Below are positions 56,191 through 64,000 of a stretch of DNA of 64,000 bases, piece after piece (position 1 is the first letter of the stretch; every line of letters starts with the position of its first letter). The position numbers were made by a program, and so were the translations under genes. The stretch is from Octopus vulgaris (taxonomy: Eukaryota), in contig OX597816.1 in NCBI GenBank assembly GCA_951406725.2, forward strand, positions 114,204,001 through 114,268,000, given 5' to 3'. The notes beneath the pieces are model-generated. The model saw only the letters and a program-made list of their open reading frames with translations, made no database searches and had not been told where the DNA came from.

Positions 56191-58451
56191 ATTGTTTATT
56201 TATTTATTTAAATTCCTTTTTGCTTAATTTTCACTTTCGAATGAAACATTTCACCCAGTAATTTCACCTGGCAGCCTAGGAACTGAATCTGATATTTGAA
56301 GGCCTCATTTTAACTACTGAAAGTATTAAGGTGCATTTACATGGATAAAGGCATTCAAAAATATCAAATAAATATATTTCAGAATCTAATATGAATTCTA
56401 TGGAGTAAAACAAGAAGATATGTATGTTTATATATGAGTGTGTACGAGTGTGTGCATGTGTATGAGTGTGTGTGTGTGTGCATGTGTGTGTGTGTGGCAC
56501 CTGTACTTTTTATCAAATGATATTCTACTAGATGTCACTACGGGGGTCATAGTCACTAATTCTGTAGTACAAGTGACGGAAACAACTTATATAAAATAGG
56601 TGATTAATAAAATACTTAATAATTTCTGATAATAACAATATATTTGACACTGCTTAGGATAATCTATTTCTTTTATGGAAACTCTGAGGTGAATCAATTA
56701 AGAAGAAAAAAAAAAAAATTTACAGAAATATTCGAACCAAAATCTAAGTTAAAAAATGGAATATTGGCATGCAGAATATCCTTGCAAAGAAAACATAATT
56801 GAAAATATCGTAAGAACACGTCAAGAAAATGTATTCTTTGAGCAGCTGGTGAACTGTTTCCTTTCTTTCTATATATACACATTTGCAGCCTCTTGGAATG
56901 AGAAAAAGCAACTGTATCACTAAGATTATAACATGGACTTCAGACAGGGTCATCTTAACAACACTATTAACCCCCGAATAAAGCAATTTACAGGGCCCCT
57001 ACATACAAAACTACAGCATACATTAGCACAGAGCTCCTAGACCTGTGGGTGCCCTGGGCAACTGTTCAATGTGTTCATACCTTAAGATAACATAAACTAT
57101 GGATAACAATTAAAGGAGTCATTTTTTAAGAAAAGAAGATTAAATAAATGAAATGTTTTTACAGTTGCATTGTTACTTACTTTAGAACAATTATTCTGAG
57201 AAACAAGGATGCAACATTGAGTCAAAGATATAGCTTATACTAAAATTTGAGTGAAAGTAAAAAATGTTGATATGACATATATATAACTGGAAATTATTTA
57301 TTCATATTTTATTTTTGTTTAGATGATTTTTCCATTGAGGAAAGAAAAATTGCTTTATCCTCTGTAGGTTAATCGTTCATTATTATCATTAATTTGTACA
57401 GATTAACAAACCTATTATAAGGAAAACGTATTTGAGCTGCATCATGAGGACTCTTGTGAGAAGCCTCACCATGGGCTGCTATTATCATCTCTGAGATTAG
57501 CTGATCCAAAATAAGTTTTGATCTTCACTTGTTTTTGAAACACTAGCTCCATGTTCTTCTACTTTTAATATAAATATGATGATTTCTTGTGATCTATTAT
57601 ACCATTGTGAGTACAAAAGATTACTTGGAATTTTTTCAGTTTCCGTATATTTTTCATACAAACACAACATAAGAAAGTATGTGTGTGCACATGTGTTCAT
57701 GCATGCATGTGTGTATGGCTAACAAGCTGAAGTATCAAAGAACGAGAAAGCCAAACAATATAGCTCAGTGACTAGACAGAAGAAGCAATCTGTTTAATTC
57801 AACAGTAGAAGTTTAAGTAAAGATTCCTACAAAAGAAAAATGAAGTAGAAAATGTAACAATAAAAACTTCTTTTACAGTAAGATAATTTTTTGAAATTGT
57901 TTCCTAAATAAATGAGTGTTGTAATAGAAAATTTAATCATTTCATTTAGGATTCATAAATTGGCTTCTCTGTATACAGTCCTAATATAATGGTAATACAA
58001 TTTTGTAATAATAAGTTGAAAAATCTATTTTAAAAAACTAGAATATGCTACAATACAGAGAAATAAAATCAAAAAAATAAACAGGAATATGGTGCTGGAT
58101 TCTCCATCAGTTTCTATAAGGAGAATGCAGTTACTCTACTGATTACATTAATGTATATATGTGGCTGAATGCTTCACTGACATGTGATAAGACTGGACCT
58201 TTGAAACAAATGTACATTCAATGATGAGCTTCTATACAGTTTGTATTTACCCAGTTGCACAAGAAGGCTGACATTGATCCAAGATCATGGCAAAAGACAC
58301 AAACATGTCTAGGAAGGGATCAAACAAAGCACCTCATAATTGCAAATACTTCTTAACCACTTGCATCCACCAAAGTAATAGGGGATAGTTACATCTAATC
58401 TAGTAGATTATAATTTCATATATCTATAAGAGGTGGTGATATATGTGGTTC

Positions 58452-58833
58452 GGAGGCGCAATGGCCCAGTGGTTAGGGCAGTGGACTCGCGGTCGTAGGA
58501 TCACGGTTTTGATTCCCAGATCGGGCGTTGTGAGTGTTTATTGAGCGAAAACACCTAAAGCTCCACGAGGCTCCGGCAGGGATGGTGGTGATCCCTGCTG
58601 TACTCTTTCACCACAACTTTCTCTCACTCTTACTTCCTGTTTCTGTTGTACCTGTATTTCAAAGGGTCGGCCTTGTCACTCTCTGTGTCACGCTAAATAT
58701 CCCCAAGCACTACGTTAAGGGTACACGTGTCTGTGGAGTGCTCAGCCACTTACACGTTAATTTCACGAGCAGGCTGTTCTGTTGATCGGATCAACCGGAA
58801 CCCTCGTCGTCGTAACCGACGGAGTGCTTCCAC
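58452..58833 (+). mobile_element. Young full-length tRNA-derived SINE with 11-bp TSD
   Basis: A-box tggcccagtgg, B-box-like gttttgattccc, CpG-rich. TSD atatgtggttc at 58441-58451 and 58834-58844. Confidence 0.9.
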
Positions 58834-59484
58834 ATATGTGGTTCATAGAAATATGCTGGCAGATTCTTTTTAATATAAAGGATAAATAAGCAATGTTATA
58901 ATAATCCATCATCATCATTTAACATCTATTGTCCATACTGGCATGAGTTGGACAGTTTGACCAGGGCTGGTAAGCTGAGGGGTTGCACCAGACTCCAGTC
59001 TGATTTAGCATGGTTTCTACAGCTGGATGCCCTTTCTGGTAACCATTCTGAGAGTGTAATGTGTGCTTTTGCATGCCAATGGCACAAGTGCCAGTTGCAT
59101 GACACCAGTATCTACCACAGACTTCTCATAAAACATAAATATAATTTTCATAGTAAGTAAAAATATTAAAGAATTTAAATGCAAATTTTGTTCATATTTT
59201 GTATCTCTTAAATGCTTATTATATGTATCACTTACATAAAGCATATCTGGCTTATTGTGACATCCAAACACACAAAGAACATAAGATAAATATATGTATA
59301 TGGGTCAATCTCCTTATTTCGGGAAAAATATATGGTTTATGAGCCTTATAAAAGGAAAAATATATGGTTCACTTTCTCCTTATGTCATAGACTCAAATAA
59401 TTTCTAATTAGTGGTAGACAAGTCTCCTGAATAAATAACTCAATTAGACAAATTAAGTTGCTCTGTGAGTCCATTTGTATATGT

Positions 59485-59760
59485 AGAGATGCATGGCCTA
59501 GTGGTTAGAGTGTTGTACTCAAGATCACAAGACCATAGTTTCAATTCCTGGACTGGACAGTACATTGCTTTTTTAAGTAAAACACTTCATCTCATATTGC
59601 TCTGCAATTACTTCAACACCTGATGTGTCAGACAGTATGTACCTGCTCAGGCAATATTGATGGGGTGTTGATGGAGTGAGTAAGCTAATGTGCAACACGT
59701 AGATTTGATCACTATAAACAAATCATGTGCAGGTCATTCAACAAAACAGGAGATTCCATC
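59485..59760 (+). mobile_element. Older tRNA-derived SINE
   Basis: Head tggcctagtggttagagtg...gtttcaattcc. Confidence 0.65.
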
Positions 59761-59789
59761 ATACACACAATAATAATAAATAAATAAAT

Positions 59790-60040
59790 AAATGTGCCCT
59801 TTTAAAGCCTAGCCAGGCTCATGGGCCTGGTTTTCCGGTTTCAATGGTGTATGTATTCCCCAGCTGGATGGGACGCCAATCTATCGCAGCATTACTCATT
59901 TTTGCCAGCTAAGTGGACTGAAGCAACGTGAAATGAAGTGTTTTGCTCAAGAACACAATGCGTCACCCGGTCCTGGAATCGAAACCACAATCTTACGATC
60001 ATGATGCTGACACCCTAACCACTAAGCCACGTACCTCCAC
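59790..60040 (-). mobile_element. tRNA-derived SINE with V-domain-like core
   Basis: Minus head tggcttagtggttagggtg...ggtttcgattcc. The core gtgttcttgagcaaaacacttcatttcacgttgc is shared with 46837-47116. Confidence 0.8.
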
Positions 60041-60224
60041 ATATACATATATATATGAAACAAATCACATGATTAGGGGTTTGACAATGCAGAAGACAAA
60101 AAGAACAGGATGCTTTTGGAAAGCATTTCTACATCTGTCATTGAGTTGGATTTGTATGTAGGTTGGAAAAACTTAAGCATATTTTGCATCTAGAAGATTA
60201 ACATTTTAATAATAATAATAAGAA

Positions 60225-60435
60225 TTCTTTCTACTATAGGCACAAAGTCTGACACTATGGAGGCAGGGAGGGGCTAGTCGATTATATTAACCTCAGTGTG
60301 CAACTGGTACTTCCTTCATCAACCCTGAAAGGATAAAAGGCAATGGCAGCCTTGGAGGAATTTGATCTCAGAACATCATGACAGGCAAAACCACTAAGCA
60401 TTTTGTCTAGTGTGCAAACCATTCTGCAAGCCTGC
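60225..60435 (-). mobile_element. Diverged family C SINE
   Basis: Colinear with 49995-50207. Confidence 0.65.
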
Positions 60436-60868
60436 TGTCCTCCTCCTCCTCCTACTACTACTACTGTTACTGCTGCTGCCAATAATAATAATGGTTTCCA
60501 ATTCTCATTCATTATTATCAACAACTGTATGTAACTCAAAATATTAAATATAATAGGCTTTACAAAAGTCAGTTTGTAAGTCAGGCATAGTTAATCCATT
60601 TTAATATCTACTTTTCCATTCTTGCATAGATAAGACAAAATTTACTGAAGCAAATTTTTTTTTTTTATGACCAGATGCTCTTCCTGTCACCAATCCTCCT
60701 TTTGGAAACATTTAAGTAAGATAATATTTCCCTGCATGCTTTGAACATGAACAACACAATGGCTGAATGTGCTTTTACAGAAAATTGCAAACAAAGGATG
60801 CCATTTTGTAAGGTTTTGTTTAAACTCAGTGCATAATGGCAGGGAAATGCAAATACACACATGCTTAT

Positions 60869-60892
<24 letters not shown>

Positions 60893-60901
<9 letters not shown>

Positions 60902-61095
60902 TGCTGGCTTTAAGGCTATCACCAAAGGCCTGGTTGGAGGCCTAACCTTCCAAGTTCTTTTACAGGGCTTAGAAAAACTAAAGGACCACTGCAATAAATG
61001 CATCAATCTGACAGGGGAATATGTTGAATAAAATCATAATTAACCAATTCTGTATTTTCTTTTACCCAAAACCAGGAACTTTTCAGCACTCCATC
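60893..61095. mobile_element. Mariner-like MITE remnant
   Basis: cgagggggtgctg ... ccaggaactttttcagcactcc are degenerate inverted ends. 'gggaatatgttgaataa' resembles the end of a mariner transposase (G.Y.E*). Confidence 0.55.
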
Positions 61096-61789
61096 TTCTA
61101 TATGTATGTATGTATGTATGTATGTATTCATACATTCATACACATGACAAACTTCTCTCGGTATTGCTTTACAAATTTCACTCACAGAGCTTTGTTTGGC
61201 CCAGGGCTAGAGTAGAATATACGTTTCACTTGCCTAAGGTGCTACACCAGTGAGGCTGAAACCACATGGTGCACAGGGAACTTCTTAATCACACAGCCGC
61301 ACTTGTGCCTATAGACAAAGAACTATTCATGCTTTTATCTATGTTGCTAGCTTTTGCAAGTAGACTAAAAAGTTCATGGATTATAGAACTGAATCTTGTT
61401 TTATCCTTGAGAAAAACACAAAACTCTTCCTGCCTTACGTTTATTTACCAGTCTATGAATAAAATAATTAAAGGGTGATAATTTAGTTCTAGTGTGTTGT
61501 TCAAATTTAAATTCGGGATAGCTTATTGATTTAGAATTCTAATATTATATTTTGTCAAGACTGTCCTAGCTATGCTTGAGAAGTGATAATAGTGAAGTAT
61601 TTCCCACAACATGAGCATATGTATGTACTTGCACACATGCATAAGCAATCACTTACCCAAGTATACAAATGTACCAGCTTTCATACAAATTATTATATAT
61701 ATATTTATACCAACAGTGATATTGACATAAACATACACCCTGAAGTATTCTTTAATGTTCTGATAGTCTTTTAATCACTGTTAGTGAAG

Positions 61790-62720
61790 AGAACCATCCT
61801 GCCATTACAACCTTATGCTTAGGGTGTTTTGAAAAGCAGTTGTTATTAAGGTGCTAGCATCTGCATATCATAAGCCATTTAGTGCACACCGCTCTATAAA
61901 AACAACAGCAGATAGAGCATATTTTGTCTTGATGGAGGAAGCAGATGATTCATATTGACAAACTGATATTTGATCACAAGAAAATAATATTCTTCCTTAA
62001 TTCTTTCTTAAGTTACTTTGATTCACATAAATTCTCTTTAGGGAAACTCCAACTGCAACTTTCACACAGTTTTCCCTCCAGTTATTGTCATTATAAATAG
62101 GTTCCGGTTAGTTATTAATGCCTAATGTGAATGTTCATATCTGCTGCAGATAATTCATTGCATTTCAGGACAGGAAACTTAAGTTTTTGCATGTCTTAAT
62201 CCACCAAGCTGTTGAGAATAGGTAAGTAGATCTGCAGAGGATGCTATCATCCAGAAAGAAATACATTTCACTGCTGCTCAATAGTTATGAAACTGGAATT
62301 AAACTTGAGTTTCATGAGAGAATGAGGATTATAAGAAAACTTTCAAAATATGATGAAAAAATTACCATTTCTAAAACCATGGTAAGATTCAATACCCAGC
62401 ACTTATTTATAGGCTGCATACAGTCCATCATATTTAAAGACAAGATGTGCCCTCTCAAAACAGTACAAATCTTGCCAAATTTTAATTTCTCAGAATGTCA
62501 GCTAGATTCTAACAAGATAGAGAATATATTCTGCTATGAGTGTAGGGAGGAATGAAGAAGCTGAAGATACAGACTTACTAATCATGACGAAAAGACCAAT
62601 GACTAAACCACTCACCCAATACAACTGATCATGTAAAAAAAAAAAAGAAGTGTAAAAGCGTTCATAATCTTCAATTATTTTAGTAACTATATTGATATTA
62701 TAAAGATTTGAATAAAATGC
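61790..62720 (+). mobile_element. Decayed Penelope-like RT/GIY-YIG remnant
   Basis: PAITTLCLGCFEKQLL (PxxANLFMGxxE-like), ADDS, KLKFLHVLI (LPFLDVLI-like) and a downstream CxxC, in the expected order. Confidence 0.45.
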
Positions 62721-63539
62721 CAGACACCTCAAAAGTAATTTGAAGAAGAAATAAAAATGAAATTAAAGTTGAAAAAATTGTAGCTTTGAATGATAATTTA
62801 TACTTTAAGAAATTGTTCTAAAAGGTTAACAATATAATGTAACCCCTGCCTGATCTCACCCCACTACCATTTGCATTTGTTCTTCATGAGAAATTATGCA
62901 TTTGATCCCCAACATAGGATTCTCTTCCTTTTCCACTACACCTCTCTTTAGCTCTTTACTCTAATAAGCTAGTCAGGCTGTCTGATCTTTAATTAGTCCC
63001 TTTACTCTCTTTATTTCTATCAATTCAGCTTGCTTGATTTTGGTACTTTGTTGCATCCTGGCACCAGTCACTAGTAGTTCCAATATCTTTACAAGCCAAG
63101 AAATTCACTCTATCATTATACTTTGAGATAAGGACAACCTTCAAAAATTAACAGCTCCACCCTCTTTTTCAACTAAACAGTTTAACTTTTAGGTCATTGA
63201 AATAATAATAATATTGAAGCTAATGGAGACAATTATAATAGCAATAACCAACAGCAACACTTAAGTTAATGTCTCAATAAGGTATGAAGATTTACGAAGT
63301 TATGGGGATGGGCAACCAGAAGGTGGTAGTGTTCATGCACTTTTCATAGGATTAGCATGTTATATGAAACTAATGTAGTCAAGAATTGAAATTAGGATGG
63401 GAGAGGATGCATTTGCCAGAACATTATTTTGCAACATGCATTTGGTAATGCCAATAATAACAATAACAACTACTATTAATTAATAGCTATAACTAATGAT
63501 AAAATTATATAGACATAACCCTACACTTATGAATATGCA

Positions 63540-63955
63540 TGTAGGTGTGTGTTTAAGAAGTTAGCTTCTGAACCACTTAATTTCAAGTTTAGTCTGACAG
63601 CAAGTTTCTTCTGCTATAACCCTGGGTTTAATCAAAGGTTTGTGAGTGGATTTTGTTGGTGAAAACCGAAAGATGCCTGTCGTGTGTGTGTGTGTGTGTG
63701 TGTGCGCGCATTTGTATCTCATTGTCTTGATATATGTGATAGTTGTAGATGAGTTTCACCATCATACAAACAGTATCATTGTTCATTTCCAGTCTTCTGT
63801 GAAAACATGTCTGGTCATGGTAAAATATTACCTTGCATGCAAACACGTGAGGGCTGGAGACAGGAAGGGCATCCAACTATAGATAATCTGCCTCAATAAA
63901 CTCCATTTGACCCATGGAAGCATGGAAAAGTAGAAGTTAAAATGATGATGATGGT
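63540..63955 (+). mobile_element. SINE with family-A-like head and RTE-like (GAT)n tail
   Basis: Head similar to family A. Tail 'ggaagggcatcc...gcatggaaaag...taaaatgatgatgat'. Confidence 0.7.
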
Positions 63956-64000
63956 GAATGTACGAGCTGACAGACACTGTATTATACTCTCTTTCTTTCT

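Noticed and set aside
58452-58525. tRNA-like sequence
   Set aside because: It is the head of a SINE bounded by a TSD, not a complete cloverleaf tRNA gene.
62169-62221. Plus-strand 53-nt exon-like segment with a strong GTAAGT donor
   Set aside because: It lies in a Penelope-like RT remnant and is not frame-preserving.

Overview
AT-rich, microsatellite-dense eukaryotic DNA, most consistent with an octopus (coleoid cephalopod) genome, judged from the recurring tRNA-derived SINE families and RTE-type LINE tails. No full-length protein-coding gene is visible, and nearly all ORFs in the track are artefacts of (TA)n, (CA)n or (AAT)n repeats or of TEs. The window looks like intronic or intergenic sequence. 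The A-rich + strand suggests a large intron of a minus-strand gene (inference). It holds many SINEs, truncated RTE LINEs, several decayed Penelope-like (RT + GIY-YIG) remnants, a non-autonomous Helitron and several MITEs. Four observations stand out. (1) Minimal type-I hammerhead-ribozyme-like motifs are dispersed through the first 24 kb, several lying beside long imperfect palindromes among TA microsatellites, suggesting Penelope-derived retrozyme-like units. (2) Two near-perfect local inverted duplications of about 100-115 bp both have spacers of about 1.25-1.3 kb and could form dsRNA (ADAR substrates). (3) A series of candidate frame-preserving minus-strand micro/mini-exons and short terminal exons all begin AG|AT. 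(4) A structured non-repetitive island lies at 6.8-7.1 kb. All calls come from reading by eye, and TE boundaries are approximate.
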